From: Mizuhopecten yessoensis
Lineage: Eukaryota
Direction of reading: 5' to 3'
DNA: 64,000 nucleotides
Assembly (NCBI RefSeq): GCF_002113885.1
Contig: NW_018406512.1
Span: 143,216-207,215, forward strand
Part shown: positions 38,601 through 51,774 of the stretch, in pieces
Numbering within the stretch: position 1 is the first letter of the stretch
Layout of the letters: each line of letters starts with the position of its first letter
Translations under genes and position numbers: made by a program
Notes under the pieces: generated by a model
The model's database searches: none
Told to the model about the DNA's origin: nothing
The model's input: the letters and a program-made list of their open reading frames with translations, nothing else

Positions 38601-38805
38601 CAGGCAGAGATAAACCTGGTTACCACGGACGGAGCAGGCAGAGATAAAACTGGTCACCACGGACGGAGCAGGCAGAGATAAACCTGGTCACCACGGACGG
38701 AGCAGGCAGAGATAAACATGGTCACCACAGACGGAGCAGGCAGAGATAAATATGGTCACCACGGACGGAGCAGGCAGAGATAAACATGGTCACCACGGAC
38801 GGAGC
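38601..38805. repeat. Tandem repeat, 34-bp unit x6
   Basis: CAGGCAGAGATAAACMTGGTCACCACGGACGGAG repeated. Confidence 0.97.
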
Positions 38806-39087
38806 TACATGTACGTCATATTCTCAACTTCTTCATCCCGGAGCATTCTTTTATCCTAGAGATTTTGTAGTAAGGTTAGCTCAAGTTAACCCCGTTCTGT
38901 ATTTGTGGTTGCAATTCTCACGGCGGCAGCACCTGCTGACGTGACGCTCTGTATCTGACGTGTACTATCAATGTTAGCATTGGTCATGATTACGTGTCGC
39001 CGGATCTCAAACTGGTCTAACGTTGGCAGGTCACAATGGTGCTTCTTCCAAAGCTTCACCGGGACAGGAAAATGCACCACGCAGTGT

Positions 39088-39196
39088 TTTATGTTTTGTA
39101 CATGTTTCGTTACTTTATGTTTTGTACATGTTTCGTTACTTTATGTTTTGTACATGTTTCGTTACTTTATGTTTTGTACATGTTTCGTTACTTTAT
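39088..39196. repeat. Tandem repeat, 26-bp unit x4
   Basis: TTTATGTTTTGTACATGTTTCGTTAC repeated. Confidence 0.97.
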
Positions 39197-39333
39197 TTGC
39201 CAAAGGTTAGACTTTATGGCCAATGATTTTGAAAGTATTTTGAAATATAAATGAAACTGACACAAACATGGGATTGACAACTACTTCATATCATATTTCA
39301 ATGTTGCTGATCACACTACAAAAGAGCTCACAG

Positions 39334-39545
39334 CAGACTGACCACGCTGACACGGAGTTTATAACAGACTGACCACGCTGTCACGGGGCTTGTAACAGAC
39401 TGACCACGCTGCCATGGAGCTTATAACAGACTGATCACGCTGCCACGGGGCTTATAACAGACTGACCACGCTACCACGGGGCTTATAACAGACTAACCAC
39501 GCTGCAACGGGGCTTATAACAGACTGACCACGCTACCACGGAGCT
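39334..39545. repeat. Tandem repeat, 31-bp unit, about 7 copies
   Basis: CAGACTGACCACGCTRCCACGGRGCTTATAA repeated. Confidence 0.95.
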
Positions 39546-39564
39546 CACACAAGTTTTTCCTTAC

Positions 39565-40102
39565 TATATATGGAGCTGGCTATCCGTTGCTCGTGTAACT
39601 ATGGAGTTGGATATCCGTTGCTCGTGTTACTATGGAGCTGGATATCCGTTGCTCGTGTTACTATGGAGCTGGATATCCATTGCTCGTGTTACTATGGAGC
39701 TGGATATCCGTTGCTCGTGTTACTATGGAGCTGGATATCAGTTGTTCGTGTAACTATGGAGGAGCTAAATATTAGCTGCTCGTATTGCTTTGGAGCTGGC
39801 TATCAGTTATTCGTGTTACTATGGAGTTCTCAATCACTTGCTCGTATTGCTATGGAGCTGGCTTTCAGTTACTCGTGTTACTATGGAGCTGGATATCCGT
39901 TGCTCGTGTTACTATGGAGCTGGATATCAGTTGCTCGTGTTACTATGGAGCTGACTATTAGTTGCGCGTGTTACTATGGAGCTGGATATCAGTTGCTCGT
40001 GTTACTATGGAGCTGGATATCAGTTGCTCGTGTTACTATGGAGTTCTCAATCACTTGCTCGTATTGCTATGGAGCTGGCTTTCAGTTACTCGTGTTACTA
40101 TG
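39565..40102. repeat. Tandem repeat, 31-bp unit, about 17 copies
   Basis: TACTATGGAGCTGGATATCMGTTGCTCGTGT repeated. ORF 39570..40103 is a read-through. Confidence 0.96.
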
Positions 40103-42114
40103 AAGTTTTCAATCAACTGATCACGCTACCACTGGGCTAACAATTTGATGATCGTGCTATTATGAAGAGCGGTTGCAGTTTTTGGCGCTTCCATGAATCT
40201 GGTACATAAATTGATCGTTCATTCACAGCATTTGTTTATTGTATATTGATATACATTAAATAAAATGAAAACGTCTCCATTATCTTGAAGTGTATAACAG
40301 AGTGAATTGAAATGTGAATGTCGAGAGGAAATGTCGTTCACGGCCGTAAGTCCCACTGTAAAAGGATGTCCAACAAGACAATCGGTAGAACGTAATTGCA
40401 AGTCAATGCCTCTACCTCGGACACGCAGTAATTGTCTGTCTAATAGAACACGGGAAGTAATGTCACCTACTGTATATAAACAGCGGCTACTATTGGCTGG
40501 GCAGATTTACCGACATCGTTCCTGATTGCCCCAAAATCCGCCGTACTAGAGGTCTGATTGCTGTTCTCGAGAACGACCCTACCAAATAGCTTCCCAGCCC
40601 GTGATGGGAGACATTGCTTTGTATAATTGAATAAATAGACCATTTCGTACGGATCTCGCCCGAATAAATCGTCCAATTTAGACATAATACGAAAATTGGT
40701 CTACCGAAAAAAGTTTCCCATGGTTATAAGTCAGGGATAATGTGTATATAGTGTGATATAGGCTTGTCGTGCGCCGAGACAAATACTCTTTGTTATTACA
40801 AGGACACGGCTCTGTGATAGCGGGCCAGGATCTGTATATCCGTCCCCAGGCCTGTCCGTCATACCTCTCGTGTACCTGACTTCCGGTCATCCGTCCTAAC
40901 TTCCGGTTAATCGGAGTTTCGATATTATACAGACTAACACCAAATGAGGAAGATACGTTTCACCAGCTTTGTACACGTAGTTACGAAATTTTATTTATCA
41001 CTTCGTTAGGTTGTCAACTCTTAATTGGTTAAACATCCTGCCGATTCCATTAACTCACATTTATTATGTCCCTTCACTTGCAAAAATAAGTTAATTGTTA
41101 CCACTAATGTGTCTGGTCCATTCAGACAAGCACACAAGTTTAATCCTGATTCTCCGCAACAACAGATGTGATATCTTAACTGGCACCTTACTGAAACTAT
41201 CTCGTGAACACAAGAAAGCATACAATAGCCATAGTAAAACACGGGCAGAAACTTGTAACTAATGTTATAGATTTTGAAGTACTCATGAACTTAGCAGCGG
41301 TATGTCAATAACCCGGCGCCGTATTTTGGAAATTGTAATTAAAGATCGTTCAGGGATAAACAAAAGAGGTTTCAAAATGGAATCAAACCTAGGAATTAAA
41401 TTTAGCAGAAACCTATTAAATATTGATATTCAAGGTCTATATACTGGCTACATATACATATCTAAGATTGATTTTTACAATTTTTCTTCGATTCATATTA
41501 TATAAAAACATAAATAGAAAGAAAGTAGTTGTGTCTCATTTAATCGATAAATGTTAACGAGGCAATCTTTCTAAGTTACGTAAGGGTGTGATGACCGTAT
41601 GAGGGTGATCTATTGATTCTGAAGTGGGGGTCGGGGGTAAATTATTTTCAATACCAAGCAGACTATATTATCTAATATCCAGGCAAGGCCAGGATTTCTA
41701 TTTTCACCGACAGGATTATGTAATATTATAAAATGTTGTCCGATTCGTCAAGGAAACTTGCATGAAACAAAACTGAATCTGAGGATGCAGATCAAGTTGT
41801 TGTCAATAGCTCTTTGGGTTCACCAGAATCCCCAATGATTATTAAGTGCACTTAAAGTGATAAGGAATTTTTAATGTTTTGGCTAGCGAACTGATTGAAT
41901 GATTTTTCCGATATTATTATACATTCTCATGTGTTTTGTATTCATTTATAATTTTCATTTTCATTCCTTTTTTGTTTTCGTAGCTACAAGTGTTAATGCA
42001 GATTTAATTGAGACAGAATATTTATTTTCATAAAGGGCAAGTGCCCCCTTTTTATTTGAATAAAACCTAAGTTACAGATGTACCGCCATATATTCATACA
42101 TTATCGTACGTAGA

Positions 42115-43180
42115 TGTTACACGTGGATATACGTCACGTGACATCTTGTTGGAAACCGACTACATGTATTCCCGTGAATTGTGCTGTAGGTGATAATTAT
42201 GAATCCCAGTACCTGTCAGCCGTACCTGGTTTGACGTCGACTGCAGTCATTTTGACCCGGTCAACTTATGAACTCACTGCAATCATACGTATATTTAATC
42301 ATACAGGTAATTATAGAAATGTTTTAACTAATTCGTGATTCGGTGAGTAATTACCACGTGTTGCAGCGAACAGCGATAAACAGAGTGACCAAGCACGACA
42401 TACCCATCACGTGACGAGTGTGACAACGTTAACACACGACGTCAACGTTGATAACGTACGAAGAAAATGACGAGATTTCGAGTCAATATGAAAAAAAAGG
42501 GAAATGCTTTCAAAGTTTTCAAACGACACGATGAGTTAAATAATACGTGAAATCAGTTTGTTATTTAGTTCACAAATTGTTTAGGCTATGTGTGACGCAC
42601 GCAACTAAATAAGCCAATCAGCAAGTGTTTCATTCTATCTAAAGTTGGATCCGGTTAATTTTTTTTTTTAAATGAGGAATTCGATAGCAGATGTTTTTAA
42701 TGGCATCTACAGGTATTAAACTTTCGAAAAATGAATAGTTTTAGTTTGTTTTTAATAAGATATGATTGTGCGGATTCGAACCGGGTCAACACTTTGCTTG
42801 TAAACTTCCGGTTATCAACATCAAAAGGCTGGGACACTTTTAAATGCCATTGAACCTGGAAAATAAGGCATTTTCAGTATGTTATCCTCAAAACAATGTG
42901 TATCAAGTGTCTGACGATCATAAGCATGTCATGTCCTCACGACAACCCTTGACCGTTGGTCAGAACTGACCTTTCCATGGAGACTAATGTACTACTCTAG
43001 CTGGTTCTAGCGTGTAATTTCAGCCTCGCATGTACTTAATGACTCCTGACCAATTTGCACATACCTTCACATACATCAAATGAAGAGCATACTGCGAAGC
43101 GGAAGTGTAATTACTCAGCATAACACAAAAAGGTCAAAGGTGAGAGTAAGTCAAGATGGCGGAAGTGTGAGCCACGTGCA
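42115..43180. promoter_or_regulatory. Candidate cis-regulatory module (E-box, CCAAT, ETS, YY1, DR1 motifs)
   Basis: CACGTG at 42120, 42135 (GTCACGTGAC), 42355, 42408 and 43173; AGCCAATCAG 42612; ACTTCCGG 42804; GCGGAAGTG 43099; AGGTCA-A-AGGTGA 43131-43143; CAAGATGGCGGAAGTG 43152-43167. Motif matches only. Confidence 0.35.
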
Positions 43181-45779
43181 ATTGTTATATACAACGACGT
43201 TCATAATAGGTAGATATAATACGGACATATATGTTAAGTAAGAGGCATAAAATAGCTAAGCAATGTACACGTCACAATGTAAACACGTGTACAATGAACG
43301 CAGTAATGAAGAGATACCGGAGATAATTTCAAGGGATTTCATAGATTATGTACCCTCTATCAGCCTAATTCCCGCCGCAATAAAACAACCCGAAACTCCC
43401 ACTGCCTTCGTGGATCTTGTCTATTACTGGCTTTCGTCTGAACACTACAGGCGGCATGGCAAAAACTCAGCAAATACTGATGGGATAATGTTCCAACTTA
43501 TTACCGTTCTCTCCGAATGAAATTACAAGATACTTCACACGTAATCCCCCTACGGATCAAAACTGCATTTCGAATGCTTTTATGAATGTCATATTTTCAT
43601 TGTGAATTCCGATCTGGAAATCCTTTTTTTCCAATTACTTGAAACAATTTTTTCTCTTCCATTACGTGGATTACTCGAATGTCGGAGATTTTGGTGTGTC
43701 AGGGCGTTCCCTGGTGGGAGAGTAACCAAGGGGAGATAATATCTAAATCACATAGCTGCTCACCAGGAGTGACTCTGTTGTTTGTGTTAAATGTCTTATA
43801 TCTAAAGTACACATTGAAGGCATGCACTAATAGATAGTTAATGTAACCCAACATACACGTCATCATCATATTTAAAATCATGAAAGAATGCCATAATCTG
43901 ATTGGCTAAGACGATCTTGTCAACCCATTAATCCATTTAGTAATTGCCTTCACACCATGTTAACTGTTCCTTCGGCCTTATCAACATGCGGCACTGTAAT
44001 AAATTATGCGTTCGTTATTCTTCCGCGATTTTGTTGTTGGTGTTGTTGTTAATGGTGTCGTTGTTGAATTATTTAAAAGTATACAGCATTTAAAAGTATA
44101 CAGAATTTAAAAGTATACATCATTTAAAACAGCTTCGAATATACAGCAATTTACGCTGTATTTTTTGTCAAGAAGGGGTAACTTTGATTTCAATTTTATA
44201 CATTTAAAGATTCGCCATGTGTTTTTTACCCATTGAAAAATGTGAAAGATAGTAAAATATGGGTATACAACTCGTACATGTTAAGGTTCAACTGTCAGCA
44301 CAACATCACTCTTCAAAAGTTCTAGCTAGATAGGGCGCTACATCAAATGTTGTATTATTATTTTCATTATTATTGAAAGTCTCAAACTTCTTAGAGATAC
44401 ATATCTAACATGATCAGTTACTTTAAAATAGATTGAGAAGTTCAGAATATATGGCCACTGCCATATTATCGAATGGGCCCAAGTGTCTCGAACTTAAGAA
44501 AGCTTCGGGTGAATGTGTCTTCTGTCACGTTTTACAACAGTCATGTATATATCGTGTATTCAACTTACAAAGAGTATGTTGTGATCGTTTGGATAAACAT
44601 TGCATTCACGATGCTTTTAGTTATATAATTACCTTATTTTATTTTATTATTTCAAACGAAAGGGATACATTGAATAAAAAGTGACGCAAAAGCGTGGAAT
44701 TAGAACAAAATTTCTTTAAGAAATTATAATTAGTGACAGGTTATATCTGTCCATCTTTAATTTTCAAGAACTTGTTACATAATTATCTCCCTTTCCAAAT
44801 TTTTATTTTGAAAACACTAATGAAATGGACGAGACTAAAACTTAAGTTTTACAGCGTGCTCCGGGATTGCACAACTCCGACGCAGTCCAGTGGAGCGACA
44901 GGGGGCTAATGGATATTGGTAATACTTCCCTTATCACTCTAATAAAACGCCAGTAAAAAACATACGTTAAATATACATTTCTCTAACGAGATGTGTGTGA
45001 GGGAGATCTCATATATAGACTATATCTGGATCTATAAACATTAAAGTCTGATCGAAATGACGCCAACTAACTTATAAAAATACCTTTTATTTGATAACAC
45101 GAATTCTGTATTGTGCTATTCGGGTGGGTATAAAATGTTCTCTGAGTCTGACTTAAAGTTAATCCTCAGAAATGACACGCAACGTCTTCATAACGTTTGA
45201 TCTTCGTCATCCAGGATTTGTTGGCGATACGCTGAACCATGTAACACCAGTACGAGGACTACATAGGCAGATACGGATCAAATCGTCCGCCGTGATTCGA
45301 CTCAAATTTAACCGTTTCTGGTTTTAGATTGTCTCCTGATCAGATGATCAGTGCCATTTACATTGGTCATAATGTATATTATTTCTGTAGGCCTGGCTGA
45401 TATTGTGTTCATCACATCATTGTAAACGTTAAATGCTTTATGATAACAGTTTACTGTTTAAACAGCATACATCTCAACGAGGGCTTTTGAATTTGCAGAT
45501 TCAAGCAATCTTATCTTACATGAAGGTTTGGTGATTCTCTTAAATCTCGACCGAATCTGGATTGTTTTTAAATTAAAGTTGTCTGTGAAGACAAGTTGTG
45601 TCTACTTGAATTAAAGCAGATTTTGTTTATTTTATTGAAATCATCCTCAATCGAAGATGATGTTCTATTTTAGGTCTCACAGATTGCATAAAATGTTTCA
45701 CCTGCTACGTCTCCGTGACTGCTCCATTGAACTAATGACGTTTGTGTTCGTGAGGCAAAATATATAAAACAAATAACAC

Positions 45780-45960
45780 AACCTTAAAATAAACGGGCAA
45801 CATTGGAACTCAAAACCGAGACAAAACGACAACAAATGGAACTGATGATACATCAAACAAGGAAATGCCGTCAGCAGTCGGAAGTGATCGAAACCAGGTG
45901 TTCTGCGAGGCTAAGCGGTCCCACTGCCACACGCAGCCATGGCCACGATGTCTCCTCGTC
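45780..45960 (-). mobile_element. Second decayed copy of the Penelope-like 3' motif
   Basis: Plus strand CCAGGTGTTCTGCGAGGCTAAGCGGTCCCACTGCCACACGCAGCCA parallels 12625-12669 (GGTGCTCTGGAAAGGTAGACTTTTACTGCACCACATATGGCACC). Both are preceded by AC-rich sequence. Confidence 0.4.
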
Positions 45961-47094
45961 AGATAAGGAACTTATGTAAGTCACTAACAATTTAGGATAA
46001 TGTACAGATACCGAGTACCTGGATAGCAGGTCACACTGGCGACTGTCTTTCCTTTATCAAACAGTATGGCATCCAGATCATCTGATATATAAACCCAAAC
46101 CACTTATTTTTTGTCAAATATTTCTTCAATACTGATCATTTACTGTATTCAGTTATGTAAATGAACATATTACTATCGCCCAGTAGTCACTCGACCTTGG
46201 TTTTGTATTTCTGCACCTTGTGATCATTCCATTTACGTTAGGTTTATCTTTGACAGAAAGATGTGATATTTAATGAGCATCAAGGAAACTACGAAATGCA
46301 AACAAACCAGGAAAAAGCCCAGCCTGCGACTGAAAAATATCTGAAAATAATGTTTGAAGTGTTCATGAATAAGTAATTGACAATTTTTCACGTATAAACA
46401 ACATAAAGTATACTTTGTTTGTGTGAGATATTAACATAGATAAGTTCCAAACCTGACTTTATGTCTCAATATTTCATACACATTATTCATGGTATACGCC
46501 CTTTCCCACACAGTCATGTCATCGGGCAGGTTCTTTCCACATAAAACATCCCACTCTTCAATAACATCATATATCTGCCTTTAAATATATTGAAGATTAT
46601 AAAATATATATCAGAAATGTTTTAAATGTTGATTTTGCTCACAGCTGGTTACAGTCAATACTGAAATGATGTGTTAATTTCATGCCTGGACGAGTCGCGA
46701 TCCATCGAGCAGACTTTAATCAGACTCAATCAGCTGTTCGGCAGTATGAATTACCAGAGGTGCGATATTTTGTATTCATCATCTTGATAAATTAAACCCA
46801 TTTGCAAGTGTTTCGTGACGATGTAGATTTTTTTAATTCAACATGACCATCGGGGCATGAATGTTTCATAAAGTTGAAATGAGATTTACGGGTTAGGCTC
46901 ACACATGTACGTGTACGTAATCTCGCCGGTAGGGGGATTTAACGACGGAACCGTCACAGCACCAGCCATACAGATACCGTGAAAGGTAACCCGCCTCCAT
47001 TGTGAGCCGTACAATATCATCATTTCTATTACACAGGGTTCTATCAAACTTAATATCTCCCACTTGATATACAGGCACCACACACCCTTCCTCA

Positions 47095-47203
47095 ACACCT
47101 GACCTAGACTTGTGTTCACACCTGACATATAATTGTTACCACACCTGACCTAGACTTGTTTTCACACCTGACATAGACTTGTTTTCACACCTGACATAGA
47201 CTT
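47095..47203. repeat. Tandem repeat, 23-bp unit, about 5 copies
   Basis: ACACCTGACMTAGACTTGTKTTC repeated. Confidence 0.93.
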
Positions 47204-47784
47204 CTCGAAAACATTGACTTACAACTTGAGTTTCCTAAATCAAATGTTAGACATGACACCTCCAGTCGTGATAACGTAGACAGCTTGTTATAGGAGTTTT
47301 TTTCTATCATCCTTCTTTACTTCTTGTTTCTGTTTTAATAAAATACTGGATTTGCACCTTAAACAATTAAAAGGTTTGTGTTGAAAGTACATTTTAAAGA
47401 CTTTACTCCTTAAATTTAAGCCAATACAAAAAATGAAACAAAAAACTTTGATTCTAAACTACGTCATTTGCACTGAAAGTGAATAAAATAGTAAAATGCC
47501 AATCAAGGTCAGGTTTTCGCTTCCGATTTATCCGTTTCCGGGTTTATTTCATATCTGTCATATATGTTAATGTGTTATCTTTTCTGTATTAGCTTGTTTT
47601 CATAAGACATATCTAGAACACGATTTATTGTCCAGTTTTCAAACACATTTTTAATTGGTAAGTTTATGACTATAAAACTACGTTTACCATGAAAATCATT
47701 ACTCAGACAAACCTGTTTGTGATTTGTGGCCATGTGATTTATTTAAACATTTGTTCTCAATAGGGACTCGAATAGGTAATACAG

Positions 47785-47846
47785 GAGTGTCTGATACAGG
47801 GTTCCGTATCAACTGCAGTGTCTGATACAGGGTTCCGTATAAACTG
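47785..47846. repeat. Tandem duplication, 32-bp unit x2
   Basis: AGTGTCTGATACAGGGTTCCGTAT.AACTG twice. Confidence 0.9.
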
Positions 47847-50800
47847 TGTACTGCAGGCATCATGCATATTTATTAAGTGATGTAGCTAGTACACATCCGG
47901 GTTCTCGTGTGAGTGAAATATGGCTTCCCCTCTTGCCCTTGTGCTACCGATCTGAAGGATGATGTAAGGCGCCTCTTACGAACGTCAGAAGACAATGATA
48001 ACATAAAGCAAACAAGTTAAACTTTATGTCCTTTTTTGTTTACGAAATAAATTACCTTTGCTTACAGTGGAATGAGTCCGTACAAAGAGCCTCTTGTTTA
48101 GCCCGCCACGGGTGCCATTGCGAACTGAATCCCAGCTCTTTAATCTGCCGATGACATGGCGGGAGTGATAATATACTGGTGATCTACGTCGTTAAATATT
48201 GGGCACGAACAGGGAAAGCTTTATTGCCGGTTAAATTGCTATATTGTTGTTCATAATTGATAATTAATCAGTGTCACAGATAAAACCAGGTTTAAAGTAC
48301 AAGTAGCTCAGTTGTTGTGTCCGTCATTACTTACGTCATATCGACTGCCTTCTATCTCAAGTGCCGGCTTGTTTACGTTATCTTTTCATAAGAGTTAATT
48401 CAAAATTTGTTGAATTTCCTATCTGGGAATAAACGTCTTGTTGAAATTGACATAGTAGATAATTTGATAGGCTAATCTTCTACTGCACCTGTTTTTCTAC
48501 ATGTTTCATAATTTTTCATTCTTTTGACCTTTTATGGATTTTGGACAAGATATTTTACATTTTGTAAAAATATGCGAAACCTGTAATTTACTTTAATGAA
48601 TACCGAATCATCCATCAACGCGCGTTCAGAAGTGTCCCGTTACCTAGATATAGGCAATCAAAGGTGACCGCTCCACTGATGATTCCTAACAGGACACAAA
48701 TGTCTTATGGTACAATGAAATGTTTACTTTGTTTAGCTGTTTTGCATCGACAAACAATATGATTATATGTTCCTTCTTTCCTTCGCACTTTTAGAAATTA
48801 TTTTCTGTTCTCATAATATTTAAAAACAAATGCTTTAATAGAACACTTGCGTCAATACATCTTCAGTTCAATAGTGTTTTGGGAAAGTAGACAGGCAACA
48901 GAAAAAATAACAAAGCTAGTTTGAAATTTGTAATTCCTAGTTGACACCACGCGCGATAATTAAGCAGGAACTTCCATTCCGTTAAGACAAATAACTTCCC
49001 TGACACGATACGTAGTGACAAAGGCCTGCCTTTATGAAACTGTTCTCAAGATCAAGCATAAATTCGGTGCTCATACCCACTTTCTTGTTACACGATTAAA
49101 TGATGTGTTATGGTGAAAACATGAAGCGAAAACACTAAAATGCGTATTCTGTTACAAGTATTTCTTCAAACCTGTTGTCAAAATGTTAACTTTATACACT
49201 TATGATCGGAACAAAAATCGGATTTGAGCCAAGTATCTGATTTGAACACGTACAGAGATTTATGAATATGGACCAAGTTTTAGTAAAGTCCCCTAACACT
49301 TCATTGTTTATTATGTTCCAAAACCACCTTACTAACTATTCGAATAAGACGTTTTGCAGTAAATATTTTGTGATAACTAAATTTTAATATTAATTTCAAA
49401 ATTAGCACCATCACTTGTTGTATTTCTAAATAGGCATGTTTCGGATCATTTTATACAGGATATTTTATTCTTTAGTGACCCTGCTGAGTCCTCAATGGGC
49501 GAACTGTCAATGCAGTACAGGAAACAAACCTCTCGTTCGCTATTTGCATCAACATATTAAGTTTTAAGTAGGTGTTGCCTTTTTGGTATTTCTAGTGATT
49601 ATTTTACAGTCGTGACCAATTTGTCATACAGCAAATCTAAGCGATACAGTGCAGACGTATCAGGTGTGTACAGTATATAGTCAAGTTCAAACGCCTTAAA
49701 CACAAGTGTGGGTAATCGGTACCGCTGACTATCACTATCAGGTACAGTGACGTGTCCATTGTGTCACAGTCTGACGTGGTGGGACTATCATATTGTACTA
49801 AACTATAGTTGGATGTTGAGATGATAACATTGTATTACATTTTTAATGCGAGATATAAACTTCTGTTTATTTGGTAAAAGTGATCTCTGGTTTGTATGTG
49901 GTAATTATACTAACGTATTCACATAACTTCAAAACTGATTACATTTTGTAAGCAACATTTACCATGTTATAACAGGAGAAAGAAGAATAGAGCCTCATGA
50001 TGTTAAGATTGAGTCCAAGAATATGAATATTTTCATTATCGTTAATTATGAACAATAAAGTATATATATCATCAATAAGATAATTTTAGCGCAACATGAT
50101 GTTTAGCGAATGGAACTTGTAACACCTGGATCCTTAACATTAATAATATATGGGATATATAATATCATATTGTTTAAATTAAAAAAGAAAGTCTTAATAT
50201 ATTACTATTTGAAACCAAGAAGAAAGAAAATCATAATTAAGAAATGAGTTTAAGATTCATTAAGCTAACGACATTTGCACCACCTGTTACCTAGTGTATA
50301 ATTATGTTTGGTTAAATTATGTATTACACCACGGCTACATTTTATTTACGTTTACTTAACCCTGTGATTTTAACTGCTATAAGATAAACGATGTTCCGCG
50401 GATTATTCTGTATAGAAAAACCGCATAATAAACCTCCCACATGCATATTATTCATAAACATTATAAATTATTTTATCTATTTCCACAGGAATGCTAACAC
50501 ACACACACTACAAAGTGGAAGTTAAGCGTTGATCTGACAATATGGAAAGAGAAGAGAACGTTTGTCTGGTTTGTACAGTTTTACGTCGATGATGCGTATG
50601 TCTAGGTATGTTTACTTTAGTAAGTGATTACCACAGCCTTTGATGTGCGTCAGGTTACATTTCTGATTGATGAATCTCTGTGAACTTATTCAAAGGCTCC
50701 CTGAGAACTATAAATTATGGATATATAATTACAGCGTTAAACGTTAAACACAATATCCAAGTACGACTTATATGCAAACCAATCTCTCAGACAAAATGTA

Positions 50801-51761
50801 TTTCTAATAGCATATAAAGGAACTCATTAAGATTAGATGAACCGACAATATGAGAATGTTGACAATGATAAGCTATACTATACAATGTTTGTGACATATA
50901 TGTCTGATTTGCGCTACTGTTTTCTATAACACAGAGTCTGTAGAATGTGACCTCTTACCTGTGTACCTGTCACCTGTATTGGAGATACTTTATGTCAGAT
51001 CCACCATTACGTTTTACACCAATAATCACTCCTTCAATAATCTTTGAGTGTAACTGAAAGACAAACTAGCAAATGTGACCATTTCCTTCTCATCTCAAAA
51101 TGTCACATATGAGACTTTCAACTAAATGTAAAATGTAATTGTTTCCTGTATAATTCTACAATTGGGATGCATGTTCTATATAAATCGTGTTCATAAGACG
51201 CGAAGTCTCGTCAAGACTCGTTAGTTACGTGAGGATAGTGTTTACAGCCCCTTTGTGTCTGCTGCAGCCAGATGTCGCTGTATTCCGACATACATGCCGG
51301 TGGTTCTTGTGGAATATATTGCCATTTCTCCCAGACATTTCTTACTGGCAAACAATTCAAAGTCTTTATGACACCCTGCGGAATAAACAATGTTATTTGG
51401 TTTTGGTTTTTTAATTTCAAATTAAATTCAGAACGTAGGACGAGAGTAGACTATATGTATAGGATTGTCTCGTTTTATTTAATAAAGCTAAGAAAGTTTC
51501 AGTATGTCAAGATGGTAGTTTTTTTCTATTTTAATCTTTTATTTCCAAAAAGAAAATTATGTCCAACAACTGGATATTTCTGAAACGAATTTAATTTCCA
51601 TTGCCGAGATTCTTCATTGTCAGTTTCAGGGATATTTGTACCCACATGGGTACCTACCCAGGTTTGACTTGGGAAGCGGTTGTGAGCAGCAATCAGTATC
51701 TCTCTTTCGTCCTCCCGAGGCGAGGACGAGGCGAGGCACACCACTACAAAGGATCCCTGCC

Positions 51762-51774
51762 GTTGCCTAGCAAC
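51762..51774. promoter_or_regulatory. Consensus RFX X-box
   Basis: GTTGCCTAGCAAC fits GTNRCC-N(0-3)-RGYAAC and sits in a locally GC-rich patch (51700-51780). Function not shown. Confidence 0.4.

Noticed and set aside
1-40102. 35-38-bp arrays (1-608, 19.3-20.7 kb, 37.5-38.1 kb, 38.6 kb) as CRISPR arrays
   Set aside because: Units are head-to-tail with no unique spacers, there are no cas genes, and the context is eukaryotic.
39570-40103. 177-aa hydrophobic ORF as a membrane protein
   Set aside because: Read-through of a 31-bp repeat cycling through all three frames.
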